DNA of 64,000 nucleotides from Vicugna vicugna (Eukaryota). The position numbers and the translations under genes are program-made. The notes below the pieces were generated by a model. That model saw only the letters and a list, made by a program, of their open reading frames with translations, did no database searches and was not told the origin of the DNA. This document shows positions 12,411 to 25,530 of the stretch, one piece after another (the first letter of the stretch is position 1; the number at the start of each line of letters is the position of its first letter). The stretch spans positions 1,263,523 through 1,327,522 of the forward strand of contig MU058463.1 in NCBI GenBank assembly GCA_013265495.1, in the 5' to 3' direction.

Positions 12411-13229
12411 CTTAGTCAGTAACATTCCGCAGGAGCCTGAAATTTGCAGCCTAGAAAATCACAGCAGAGATTTCCAGACTCTCCTTTTCCAGTCAAGAAA
12501 CTGATCCTCAGAGAGAATAAGTAAATTTCTCTCTGCTACAATTCTGCAAAAAATTCATATTAAAGCCATATTACTCATAATATTTTTTCAACTATAAATT
12601 CCTTTTAAAATTTTAATTGTGTTGTTTTCTTTAGCTGAGTATCATTATGTATAAACCATAACAACTAATATAATGCATATCATTTAAAGAAACTATAAAA
12701 ATTGATATAAAGTATTTTATTAGTAGATATGACTTCTCTTTCCTTTGTCATTCCTCCATCACTGCTTTCCTTTCTCCCTCCCTTTCTGCCTTTCTTCTAA
12801 ACACCATTATTAAGGTTTTCTCATTGCTTTCTTTAGTACTTTTAGAAACATTTATCTAGATGATATTTTAACATCTAAAAGTGCCCGACACTTATTAAGA
12901 CCTTGACAAATATTTGACAAATGTACTCCAAAATGAATGATTAGTTGTCCCATTGAATGAGTGAATGTTTGAATCCAATCATGACTATAAATAAATATCA
13001 TCCATAGAGCATCTGTATTAACAGTAGAATCTTCTCATTCATGTTGAATTGTGTATTATAATATCTTTTTAAATAAATTAAATCTAATTTTTGTGTTTGA
13101 TAACTGTAGAAATTTATAAGCTATCATATTATCATGTATTTCCTATCTGAACACATTATATAAATAAAATTTATAAATAAGTCTTTTTTCCTCATTGGTT
13201 TAGAATTACTGATTGAAATGTGGTTTAAC

Positions 13230-13903
13230 AGAATGGAAATTCCCTAAGAAACTAAAAATATACTTAACATATGATCCAGCAATCTGGTGGGAACCCTAAT
13301 TCAAAAAGATACACACACCCTAATGTTCATAGCAGCACTGTTTACAATAGCCAAGAACTGGAAACAACCTATATGTCTATCAGCAGATGACTGGATAAAG
13401 AGCTTGTGGTATTTTTATACAATGGAACACTACTCAGCCATAAAAAATGATAAAATAATGCCATTTGCCACAACATGGATGGACCTGAAGATTGTCATAC
13501 TAAGTGAAGTAGGCCAGAAAGAGAAAGAAAAATACTGTATGATATTACTTATATGTGGAATCTTAAAAAAAAAAAAAGACACAAATGAACTTATTTACAA
13601 ACAGAAACAGACTCATAGACATGAAAAAACAAACTTACGTTTACCAGGGGCAAAAGAGGCAGGAAGGGATAAATTGGGAGTTTGAGATTTGCAGATACTA
13701 ACTACTATATATAAAATAGATAAACATCAATGTTCTACTGTATAGCACAGGGAACTACATTCGATATCTTGTAGTAACCTATAATGAAAAAGACTATGAA
13801 AACAAATAAACATATGTATATGTATGACTGAAACATCACACTATGCACCAGAAATTGGCGCAACATTGTAAACTGAATATACTTCAATTAAAAAAGAGAG
13901 AAA
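13230..13903 (+). mobile_element. 5'-truncated L1 (ORF2 C-terminus plus 3' UTR), artiodactyl/camelid type
   Basis: ORF 13287-13685 contains the L1 ORF2 C-terminal motif MFIAALFTIAK.WKQP.C...D.WIK..W...TME.YSAIK; A-rich tail; 14-bp TSD AAATGTGGTTTAAC at 13216-13229 and 13904-13917. Confidence 0.95.
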
Positions 13904-15749
13904 AAATGTGGTTTAACTACCTTTTAGTTCATAATATTATCAGAAAAATTTTTCTGTGCTCAAAATGGAATTTTTAGATGCTTAAGAAAATAAAGTAAAA
14001 TAAATATCTTTACCTTCAGGGAATTTATTTTTATAAAATGTTAAAAAGATAAATATAATAATCATATAAGGTAATATATTTTTAACATTTATCATTAGGT
14101 TGATATTTTCCCACAAACTCTACTTTTGGTCTATGTGTCCTTTGCTGAAGATAACTTGGCAAACAGGAAAAATAAAAATGGGAAAATTTACTGTGACTGA
14201 TTAGTGTGATTTAAAATAACTATATCAACAGTTACAACTTCCATTATTTTTTTTCCAGTGTATTCTTTTCTATAAATGTTTCCTTCAGGAACAACTTTAG
14301 ACATCTTTAAAGAATAAAATGATAATGAGAATACTAACTGAAATAAAATCTCTAACAGCACTTAGCACAATGCTGAATTTACAGAGTGGGAAATATGCAT
14401 TAGCTGTTGTTACAGTAACGTAACTTAGGACTTGTGTATAATTTAAACAATGGAAGGGAAAACTAGAAGGATGATATATACAAGCTATATAGTAAAATAA
14501 AAAATAAACATTGTTTTCCACATCTATATTTAACATCGTATTTTTCATTTTATTTCCTCTTGCTGATTGATAGTCTCAGATTTGAAATTATAAAAACTAA
14601 AGAGAGGCAGCCTCCATGATGAGCCTTCTTTTAGGAATCCATTACCTAATTTCATTTGGCAGAATTAATTGTCCTCCCATCCAGGGCTCGCCAGGGAATA
14701 TCCCTCCCTTTCTAGGCACATTTAGATGGGTTTCCCTGGAAAAGAGGTATGAGACAGTAATGGAAAGGTCATCTCAACAGTTAGCTATTGAGTGTGTAGC
14801 TTAATAAAAGTACATCCAATATGCAAGTGTTCATGCATAGTTCAGTTTTTATAAATGCATTGAAACTTCAATTCCAAACTGAATAACCCATTTACATATT
14901 ATTCACAACACTTTATTGAAGAATATTTTTTGAAGCAACAATTGTATATCCAGTTGGCCACTATTCACTTCTGAACCCAAGGAAAAATAATTTATGCTAT
15001 AAATGACAAAGAGAGGCACGGATAATTTGCTACATAATGCAATATAGTCTCTCACTCTGAACTGAAAAGTATGGTTGTTACTAGCAATCTTTTTTTCTTT
15101 CCACCTAGAAATATTTTCAGCACACATCTAATCAATTTGAATTTCCTACTCATTCTGCTTTGCTAGCATTCATTAAAAGAATGAACCTCATTTGGGCCCT
15201 ATAGTTTATTTTCTAGATATGAAGTGGTCTTTATCTTATAATAGAATTGTAATTTTTATCCTTACTAATAAATGCATAAAGGACTACAGGAGGCTATTGC
15301 CAGTCTAGAGAGCTCCATAAGCTATAAAAAAGACAGGACCAATCATTTAGAACTGTTGGTAAGATTTAATCTGTACAATCCCTTACTCATTTGCTGAACT
15401 GTATTTCTGATGCTGCTGAGATCCACCTAAAAATCAGGTTGGTTGCTTTTTTGCTAATGATGTTTGCTCTTATCAAAAGGGAATAATGAGTATTAAAAAA
15501 AAGCAAAAACCAATTTTCCTTTATCAAATAATTACTTGGAAATTATTCTATTAGAACACAATAGATGTTCAATTATTCGTCAAATAAATGGTGTAAAGTG
15601 TAGATTTTTCTGCACTCAATGTCCTTAGGGATATGACAGGAATTTAGAGTAGTAATACTGTAATGAAAACTTTCTGGTATCTCCATATCTAAATCTTCTT
15701 GAATAGAACCTGAAATAATGAGTTTTAGAACTTTAACAAAAGAATAGAT

Positions 15750-15980
15750 TGTGTAACAACAGCCAATCCTACCACAGGATTTAAGTGCCCTCCGTATACT
15801 GCTTACTTGAATCTTCACAATAATCCCATTAGATAGGAAACAAGGAATGTATGGAAATGAAGGCTTAGTAAGACAAAGTAATTTCCTCAAGGTTATGCTG
15901 CTAGTGAATCATATACCTGGTGAGTCACATAACACATTCCCGAGTACCATTAAGCCTTGACCATATATATCATTGACTAA
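15750..15980 (-). mobile_element. MIR SINE fragment
   Basis: 'ttgaatcttcacaataatccc...atggaaatgaaggcttagtaagacaaagtaatttcctcaaggttatgctgctagtgaa' is a MIR core. Confidence 0.55.
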
Positions 15981-18856
15981 ATGGAGTCTGTGCCAATCAG
16001 ACTGGGTAACTTCCAAATCTCCTCTTCCTTTTTTGCAATATGCATGTATATATAATTCCTTAAAAATATTTAAAACATCCACTGCTTTAAAAAAGTATAT
16101 TCCATGTTCAAAATGCTGGTTGAGAAATGCAGAATGGCAAATGACATTTTGTCTTCTCAGCAGATTCTCAACAGCCTGTGGCAATACTATAAACTCAACA
16201 CTGTGAAAGAAAAAAATGCTCCAGACAGTTAAGTAGATGGTTTTACTCTGGTTATTGCAATAGAGATTTTTTTTTTCATTAGTAAAGAATATCTCAAGGA
16301 AGAGGTTGAAAACCTGGGGTTTTATAAAATAAAGCAAATCATGAGTGAGGATTCAGAGTTTGCTTTTTCTTTTTTCCATTCATCACAAGCGACCCCACTC
16401 ATGTACTGTTCCTTATCTGAGTTATCATCACTAGTGTCATTTCAGGTAGTTGTTACAGCAGCCATATTGTACTTTTACGTACTGACTGTTTCTTTGTGTT
16501 AACACTGTTGATGCATGTTGCACTAAACGTGAAACTCTGAGGTTTTACTGCCCTCGACCATAGCCTTCCTTCTGCAGTGGTTTTATGGTCTTGGACAAAA
16601 AGGACTTCCTGCTTGTTTTGAAGTAGAAGTAACCATATTCTGCTTGGTTTAGTAAAAAACTCTTTTTTTTTTCTTCTATTATTTTCTATAATGTAATGGG
16701 AATGGCTTGGAAATTAAGTATATACAAATGACAGATGTTAAATGAGTAATTTCTATTTTATTTGTGATTATTGGAAATCTTAGTCTGACCTGATTTATAA
16801 GGCAAATGTGCATGCATAAAACTTACACATACATATTAACTTGTGACAGTCTTAAGCCTCTAACTCTCAAGGATCAGAACACATACACAGAAATATGTAT
16901 ATAGCATAGCTCCATGGTGAATAAAGAGTTAGGGCCCCATAAACAAATTCTAACATTTTAAAATATAGTTTTAAAAATAAGTCACCCAATTCCATGTAGT
17001 GCTAATTTTTTTTTAAATCTGGGGAACATTTTTCATTCTGATCTTGTATTTACTAATTCAACTGCTGATGCCTGTTAAAACAACTCTGTTCATCATGTCA
17101 AGTAAGTGCAACAGATCAAGGACTTTCTATGTCTAAATCCAAAGAAATACTTATTTCACATGAATCTCTTCTCCAGAAACAGAGAACAGAGATTCTTTAA
17201 AGTGCCTTATTAGTCATTAACATGCAAAATGGAAAACTTTTAATATCTGCAATGTGATATTAAATTTTTAAAAACACTAAACATTTTGACACTTCAGGAG
17301 TAATGTCCCTTGGCAAATTTGAAATAAACCTTATTTTAATACAAACAGTTTATTTAAAAATTTCAGCAAAATCAGGTGCAACAGCACCCTCTGGAGCTAA
17401 TTTGTCTTCTTTTCCAGCTATTAAAACTTCCACCCAACTTCTGCATCTGAAAATAATACATGACAAATTTTCTTTCTTATCTAATTGTAAATGGAAAATC
17501 CATTCAACATCCAGGTGTGAGAAAGCTTGGCCCTAAAGTGACAGATCTTAGAGCATCGCATGGAGGAATCTGCACCGCAGGTCTCTTTCCTGTCACTGCC
17601 CCCGGGGGATCCTGCTCACAACCAGACGGAGGAAGCAGCGTCTGCAGTTGCACAGGCACCAGGGGATTGCTGCTCTTCCTCTCTATGCAGATCCTTTTAC
17701 CTAATCCAACTTTTATCAAGAATACCGGATGCTGGCAGCTATGATCTTAGGAAGAATTGCATTGGTGGTTTGAAAATACAGATTCTTTTAAAGGAAAGAC
17801 AACATAGAAACAGAAAGAGAGAAAATGGAAAAAGAGAAAGCAAGAAATAGATAAAAAGAGAAGTTGAAAAAATAGAACGATGGAGGAAGAAAGATGAAAA
17901 GGGAAGGAAATTTTGTATAAGCCAGTCCTACTTTTGCATCATTTTCTCATGAGAAGTACAACTGCCTTTATTTTCCAATCTTTTATAACAGTTTAACTTT
18001 CAAAATTTTAATTAGAGAGGCAAGTATACAGAAATACCATTTTAGCCAAGTGTCTAGTTCTCTTTCAAGGGCATATATCAATTGAATTCTCTCTTTTACT
18101 GCCACTTTCTACCTCTAACGATGTATATTGCAAATAGCAGGGTATTGATTTTTTTTTTTTTTGAGGCAGCGTTGTGCTTCCTGTGTGAAGATGCAATTGT
18201 TACACTGCATTATCTCTGAACTTTCTTTGCTAATAGCGAATGTCTTCGGCAGTTGCTCCGGAACTGCTGACAAGATGTACTATTATCTCTTCAATTTCAT
18301 CTTCATCTTCTTTCTCCCTTTGGGAGAAAAACATCTGTGTGCCTTAGAGGGAGTTAAATAAGTTAGAAAGGATCTCTTGCCTTTCAGCCTAAGAAGTGTT
18401 TACTTTGTTTTTTTTGTTTTACCCTGCTCAGTCTGTAGGATTGGAGATTTTGCAAGCAATCCTACATCAAATGCCATATCTGTTCACTTAGTAATTAATT
18501 AATTTGCTTGTTTAGACAACACACATTTTTTTGAGACTCTTCTTGATGTTGGCAATGTGCTTAGAAATTGGAATTTAAGAACTGAAGACAAAGGCTTTCA
18601 GTTTGGGGGAAAGTAATCCAACGTTAGAAGGAAAGTGTGATTTTTTTTCTTCAAGAGCCTTTAAAAATAGAAATACAAAAAGCGCTATTATGCATGCTTT
18701 CTAAAATAGCTCTAACTCTCTGTGTAGTGTGTATTTTTAAAATAAAATCATGAAATAAAATATGAAAGTATATTCTGACAGTATATTATCATTTGGTAAC
18801 AAGAACTTTGAGCATTGAAATATATTATTTTTAAGCTTTAAACAGTGGAATACAAA

Positions 18857-18905
18857 ATATATATATATGTGTGTGTGTATGTGTATATATATATATATAT
18901 ATATG
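18857..18905. repeat. (TA)n(TG)n(TA)n compound microsatellite
   Basis: Directly visible alternating purine-pyrimidine tract. Confidence 0.95.
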
Positions 18906-19009
18906 AAAGGTCTCAAACTATAGAACTAAACACAAGTGAGGGGCTGGGGAAAAGTGAGTGTGCATATGGGAAGCAGCTCAATAAAAGATTTTTAAGAATA
19001 TAGAGCTGG

Positions 19010-19848
19010 ATGGACACTGGTCATCACAGCTATATGCTCTAGCGGTGTTCTCTATGTGTGCTGGCTGCAACCTTGTGCTGTAGTGGGGCCGACCACTTGG
19101 GCATGCTGGTAGGCAGGGCTAGCCCCAGCCTGGTTGGCTATGAAGCCCTGATTCGTGTAGTGCCTGCCAGCCTGCTGGTGGGCAAGGGAAGCCTCCAGTG
19201 ATACTAGGCTAGAAGAGGATTCCACAATGGTGCCTGCAGGAGCCAGTGTCACTGCTGTAGAATGAGCTCCCAACAATAGCTACTGTCAACATCAACATCT
19301 CCATGGGAGCCCTAGTTGCCCCCTGCCTCAGTGGGAGTCTCTCCAAGATCAGCAAGTGGATCTGACCCAGGTTCCTTTCAAATTACTGCCTCTGAGCTGG
19401 GATTCTGAGCATGTGAGATTTTGCATGTGCCCTTTAAGAGCAGAGTCTCTTTTCCTATCACTCTCCAGCCCTCCCATGTAAGCATCACTGATTTTCAAAG
19501 CCAGACTGTCTGGGGGACTTGTCTTCCCAGTGCAAGACCCCTTGGTGGGGAGTCCAATGTGCAGCTTAGATCCCTCCCTCCCTGGGGAGGACCTCTGTGG
19601 TTGTGATATTTCTCCCATTTGTGGGTCATCAACCCAGGGGGTGTGGGTCCTGACTGTACTGTGCCTCCACCCCTCCTCCATCTTGTTGCGGCTCAATTTT
19701 TACATCTTTAGTTTTGGAAAATCTTTTCTGCTTGTCTTCAGGTTGTTCTCATAGATGTTACTCTGTTAAGTAGTTGTAATTTTGGCGCGCCCACGGGAGG
19801 AGGTGAGTTCAGGGTCCTCCTGTTTTGCCATCTTGTGCTGACTCCTCC
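19010..19848 (-). mobile_element. Isolated L1 5' UTR fragment (laurasiatherian type)
   Basis: GC-richer block with 'cccaggttcctttcaaattactgcctctg...gtgagattttgcatgtgccctttaagagcagagtctc' as in ungulate/carnivore L1 5' UTRs; YY1-type motif CAAGATGGC (minus strand, 19827-19835) next to the 5' terminus. Confidence 0.75.
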
Positions 19849-20289
19849 AGAGTTAGTTTTAATACTGTCTTTGGATATAGCTATAATTTGCCCTTTATCA
19901 GTGTCTAGGATTTAAGTAGCTCATGCACTGAAAGTAGAATATATTCTTTTAGTTTGCTTTACTTTATGAATTTGTTAATTTATTTTTATTCTTTTAACCT
20001 ATAAATCTCTCGTTGTTAATACATATGAATAGAGCACTCATTATGTCAGAAGACTCTGCCAGTTCTGGATAAACAGGGGTAAAGAATGTTCTAATATGTT
20101 CTAATAATTGTCATTGAGATATTTGGTGATACTACACAATATCTAAGTATCTGAGGAAACAGCATAATATTAACACCTTGAGAAGTAATTTGAAGAAAAG
20201 CAGTATATTTTACATGATCCCATAAGTCAAATACAGATTTTTTTTGTTTACTAGTCAGTATATTAGTGTGATACTCAGAGATAAGAAGA

Positions 20290-20980
20290 CTCAATGTCAT
20301 AGTAGATGGCAGTAGTTCACAAGTTAATTGATACAGTCAATACAATTCTAAGTTGTTAAACTCTAAGACATTTACACAAGCAGAAGGATATAAGTATGTC
20401 TCCAAAAGAAATATTGAAATAATTAGAAAAGCAAAATGAATGCCAATCTCTACATATATTGGAATTTGGAAATAAATTAGGGCGTATTCATACCATAGTA
20501 AGAAGTAGCCACACAATACTTCTGCAATGTATATGCCTGAATTAGCTCTGAACGTATCTATGTGGAAAACTCCCCCAAAATCAATGACTGATAAGAAAAA
20601 AAAATAGATAAAGCATAATACCATTGATGTATATTTTGAAGTCACCCTAAATGGCAGTGTATGAGTACTTCATTATTTACTTGTTTTCATACAGTCCATT
20701 TATTGTTTTGATGTAAATTAGCATATAGAAAACATATAAAGGTTTTGTTGAAAAATTCACACCAGCTTCATAGAATACATAGTCTGGAATGAGATACCAA
20801 TGAGTTTCCAGAAGTAGGGCATGGTGGGGTGACCTTTCAATCATTTACTGACTAACAAAGAAAACAATAAATACAGCAAAATATTAATACGCGATTAATC
20901 TGGGTTTTGTTAAATAGGTTATATTATTCTATATACTCTTTCAATATGTGGTAACTCATAATTGTAAAAAAGTGAATGAA
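20290..20980 (+). mobile_element. Highly degraded old L1 (L1M/L1ME) fragments
   Basis: 'caatgtcatagtagatggcagtagttcacaagttaattgatacagtcaatacaattc' resembles ORF2; downstream 'tagctctgaacgtatctatgtggaaaactc' resembles an L1ME 3' region. Confidence 0.4.
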
Positions 20981-22349
20981 AGATGAAGAGAAAGTGACAG
21001 GATATGATGACAAGTATTTTATTTTACTTATTTTGAGAAAGGGAGTAGCTAGAGTAGCATAGAATCAGGGCAGGCTTCATGTGTCATGTTTCCTGTTTAT
21101 TCGCTAAGAATAAATGGGACAATAGGGCATGTGTGGTAACTGAATTTGCCAAATTTTGAAAAGTGAATCATTGAAGATGAAAGCTCCTATATAACACACA
21201 CCCAGCTTGCAATTTCCTAACTAGTGATGTACAAAACACTAGTACTGAAGAGAGATGCTCTGAAAAGTGTTTCTTGCCAAATTAGCTTGAGACATGCTAT
21301 AAACATTAATATACAGTATTAGTAAAATTTTCATATTAGTGTATAGCATTCAGGAATTTTAGAGATTAAGAAATCTTATTAGTGTATTGAAGACCATGCA
21401 ATAAAGATTTCCTTTAGCTTGGGTTAAGCCAGTATAAAACTTTCATCATGTAGAAATATTCCCAGTTCTGTAGATTTCAAGTTCTTTCATTCCTTTATCA
21501 TTTTATACAAGTTATTCTTCTGCTTACATTTCATCCTGATTTGTGACCAAGTAAATTCTTAGTCTTTGCTAATTATTTAACCCACGTTTACTCTACATAG
21601 CCTGGTTTTCTGTCCTCCCATAACATCTTGGGCTCTAAAAGTCATTATCACACAGTATATTAATTGTCTATTTTTCAGTCTTACTTATTTGACTTATAAC
21701 TCCAGTATATTTGCTACTATTTTTGTGCATTTTTCTTCCTGATGATATAGCACAGTCCTGCATACACCTCAGGCACCAATAAATGTTTTTGTATGAGTTA
21801 ATAAACGGCTTTGGATGTTTTTGAGTGAAAGCAGTAGCTGAAGCCTTTGGAAGAGAACTCATCACACAAGGAGCGTGTCTCAAAGGAAAGAAGCAGCCTA
21901 TGGGAGGAATTTTAATAAAGTCTATCTTTGAAGTAATTTATATGAATTAATGAAGGAGGAATCAATAAAGGAGATTTAGAAGATACAGCCTAAGGACACT
22001 ATGAGAGAGACTGCTATTATTAAAGAACAAGATTAAAAAACTTCCAGAAGAAGGAAAATAGGTAAAAATTATAAAATATGATAGAGTAGTAGAATAGAAT
22101 AATGACCAGAGAGAGGTCATTTGGTTTGACACGGAAAAGATTCCTGATGATTGCATGGAGAACATTTTGAAAACATTCAAAGATGAAAGCCAAATATCTC
22201 AGCATTGAAAAATGAAACTGAGAGAAAAAGAGATAAAGATGTAGATGTAGATAAAGCAAAATATAAGCTCCGTTAGACCAGAATTTCTCTGTCTTGGTCA
22301 GCCTTTATAATTAGCACTTACACCCAGCACCTAGAGCATTTTGTGGAAT

Positions 22350-24630
22350 TTTTGCTTCCAGTAATAATGAGTTAGCTTGTTTCAAAGTAACTGTTCTGCC
22401 ACCAAAATCAAACATAATGGCTGAACAAAATGTAAAATATCGGGTGGCAGGGCTTATTAGAAAACTTTTAAAATATCAAGGACTTAAGAAACCAAGGTAA
22501 TACAGAGCAGGGCAGCCAGCAGAGGTAGTCTTGACATTTGATCCTGCTTCACCCCTGAGGTATCTGCCATCCTTACAGTAGGCAGTTTGAAAGACTGAGA
22601 CATAAAACCAAGATTTCTGCCATTTTATGCCAATGAGGAGAATTGCAGTTTAATGTAAATAAAAGAGACCTGGTAAGCAGCCTGGGCTCTCAATTTGAAC
22701 GTAAGGAAGACTACATTTGTATGAGTAAAACACATACCAACTCTCACAAAACTTGAGCTCAGCTTTGCTTTGAATCAGCTCATCTGCAGTGAATAAAGTA
22801 ATTTGCCATTCCTCTACCATATTCCATAAGCAGAAAGTAAAATTTTAATTGAAGAACATATAGCAGTATGTACACCTGCAGAACCTCAACTCTTCTTTCT
22901 CTCTCATTCTGGTTCCAAAAAGTCCTCTATCCAACCCACAATAAGCAACCAAGCAAAACATAAGAATTAACCAAACACTATGAGAAATGAATAGCTACAC
23001 ACCCACTGAATATCAAACACAAAGTTGACCAGAAAGGAAACTTAAAGGAAGTCAATAAATTAAATGACAGGAAAGGGAATATTAGTAGGAAATAGGAAAC
23101 TGTTAAAAAAGAATTAAATTAAAACTCCAAACTGAAAAATTTAATAACAATTTAAGAATCCAATATATAGGCTTAAAAAGAAATTAGAAACATAAAAAGA
23201 GAATTAGTTACATGAAAGATAGGACAAATGAAAGATACCTATGGAAATACAAAAAAAAGGAAAGAAAATGTAGATGAGTGTAAAAATATATATATATATA
23301 TATATTTGGAGTCCCAGTAGAATAGGAGTGAGAGAATGAGGCAGAAGCAATATTTGAAGAACTAGTAATTGAGTAGCTCCCATAAATATATTAAAGAAGT
23401 AGTACAAAACTGTAGCAGAGTAAATATAAGTAAGACCGCATATTATGACATCATAGTAAAAGTGAAGTAAACCAAAGAAAAAAAGAAAAATCCTAAAAAC
23501 AGTCATGGTGGTGGGAGGAATGTATTATCTTAAAAGGAACAAGTCTAAGACTGACATCTGACTTCTAAGCAGAAACAGTAAAACACGGAAGACAAAGAAT
23601 GATACCTTAGAGCGTTTAAAGAAAATAACTACCAAACTAGGATTGTGTAAATTGTGACTATATCCTTCACACTGAAAGCAAATGGTAACATTTTTCAGGC
23701 ATATATTAGTTGAGATAATGCATCACAAGCAGAACCACTTTTAAGAAAACTTTGCTTCATGCAGTAGAAAAGCCATCAACAGGGAAACCTAGAAAGGAGG
23801 AAAAGTTAAAAAGGACAGAGAAAATGCAAGGATTAAAAAAAAAATCAATGTCTTAACAAGTTTTTAAATTTAGAATTAAAATGCCAGAAAAGTTATAAAA
23901 AGACCTGCCTTTAAAAAATAGAAAATGAAGTCAAAGTGTTCTAAGATCCTTTTACTTGATAGGAAGTTGGAAATATATTAATATATATAGGTTTTAATAG
24001 TCTAATATATACTAGAATTTAATAGGTCATGGATTATTGATATAAAATTAAGTAACCATTAAAATTAGTTACATAATGTATAACTACAAGCTAAAAAACC
24101 AATAGAATGATAATAGAGCATTTAATTAATCCAAAAGAATAAATGGAAGGAGAACAAAAGTAACAAAATAAATAGGACAGAAAGAATAATATGGTAAGCT
24201 TAAAACCAAATACATTAGTAAATATATCAATATAAATTTTAGAAATTCAAAAAAAAGTGTTCACAATTGATTAAAAGTAAAAATCCAAATATATGCTGCT
24301 TACAGTAGAATACCTTAAACACAATTTTTTTTAAAAAGCTAAAACTGAAAAGAGAGGAAGGGTAATACCATGCAAACACCATCCAAAGGAGTAGTGGTTC
24401 TTCACGTAGTAAAATTCAGGCAAGAAGTGACAGCAGAGGTAAAAAGATACTTGGTAATGATGAAAGACTTAATCCAATAAAAAGATTTAACAATGCATAT
24501 TGTTTAATGCAGTTAAAGATTAGGATCTAAATATATATAGGAAAATTGGATAAAACTTACAGAAGAAAGAGACAAATGTACAATCATTCTAGGATAATTT
24601 GATTTGTGCACTGTGATTTCAGGGTGATAT
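22350..24630 (+). mobile_element. Old L1 (L1M) 5' region, ORF1 and start of the ORF2 endonuclease, decayed
   Basis: A-rich ORF1-like sequence 'aagactgacatctgacttctaagcagaaacagta...aaagaaaataactaccaaactaggatt'; ORF2 start-like 'aatccaaatatatgctgcttacag...aataccatgcaaacac'. No intact ORFs. Confidence 0.7.
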
Positions 24631-24679
24631 ATTGCCAGAGAAAAGTTTTGGTAAAAATACCATTTGATGTTGAGGTGAT

Positions 24680-25530
24680 TCAGTGTGGTTGTATACACAG
24701 TGTAAGTTTGGAAAGGTAAGCAGTCTCTGATTAAGAGGTCCTGGATATAATGCACCATAATGAGGAGTCTTTACTTTTTCCTATTGGCAGTTAAGCTCTA
24801 GAAAGGATTTTATTTTTGGTAGGAACAACATGATCATATTTGTATTAAAGATTACTCTTGCGATAGTGTGGAATATGTATTGAAATGAGGCAATTTAGGA
24901 GAGAGAGAAATTATTCACATAGCTACTGTAGTAATTCTTCAGTAAACCTACTTTACTTTTTAATCAAGTTTATTTAAATCATATTTAAAATTTTAGATCT
25001 TTGACTTCTTTTTTTCTATTAAATATGCATTTTATGTTGTACAAAAATATCTTCATAGTATATGGAGATTTGTTTTATAATTTTATAACTATATACTTCA
25101 ATACAATAATTTATAGAATATTAAGAATTTTTAAGTTTATGGATATAGTCTAGATAAGTAAACATACTTTAAAAGCAGAAAAAAAAATTTAGTGTTATTT
25201 GATTAACAGAATTGACAAGACCTAATTATTGATTGGGTAATTGGCTTGAGAGAAGAATGAGAGAGTTTGAGTTTTCTGCATTGGTCATTTGGGTAGAGGG
25301 TAGTGCCACTGGCTTATCTCATGAATACAAAAGGAAAGTTAGGATTGGAGGAGGTGATTATACTGAGTTCAGGTAAGGACACGTATTGAATCTAGATTTC
25401 CTGAGACTCATGACAGAAGTCTAAGCTAGAGATATAATTTGGCAGTTTTTGATATATATGAGGTATACTTGAGAGACAGAGACTAGATTCTTGGATTTAT
25501 GAAATTAGAAAAGAGGGTTGGGAAGAGTCC
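24680..25530 (-). mobile_element. L2 LINE fragments
   Basis: 'catgatcatatttgtattaaagattactcttgcgatagtgtgga' and 'gaagtctaagctagagatataatttggcagt' are reverse-strand L2 motifs. Confidence 0.55.

Noticed and set aside
13287..13685. 132-aa ORF as a gene
   Set aside because: It is the L1 ORF2 C-terminus reading into the 3' UTR of a truncated insertion bounded by TSDs.
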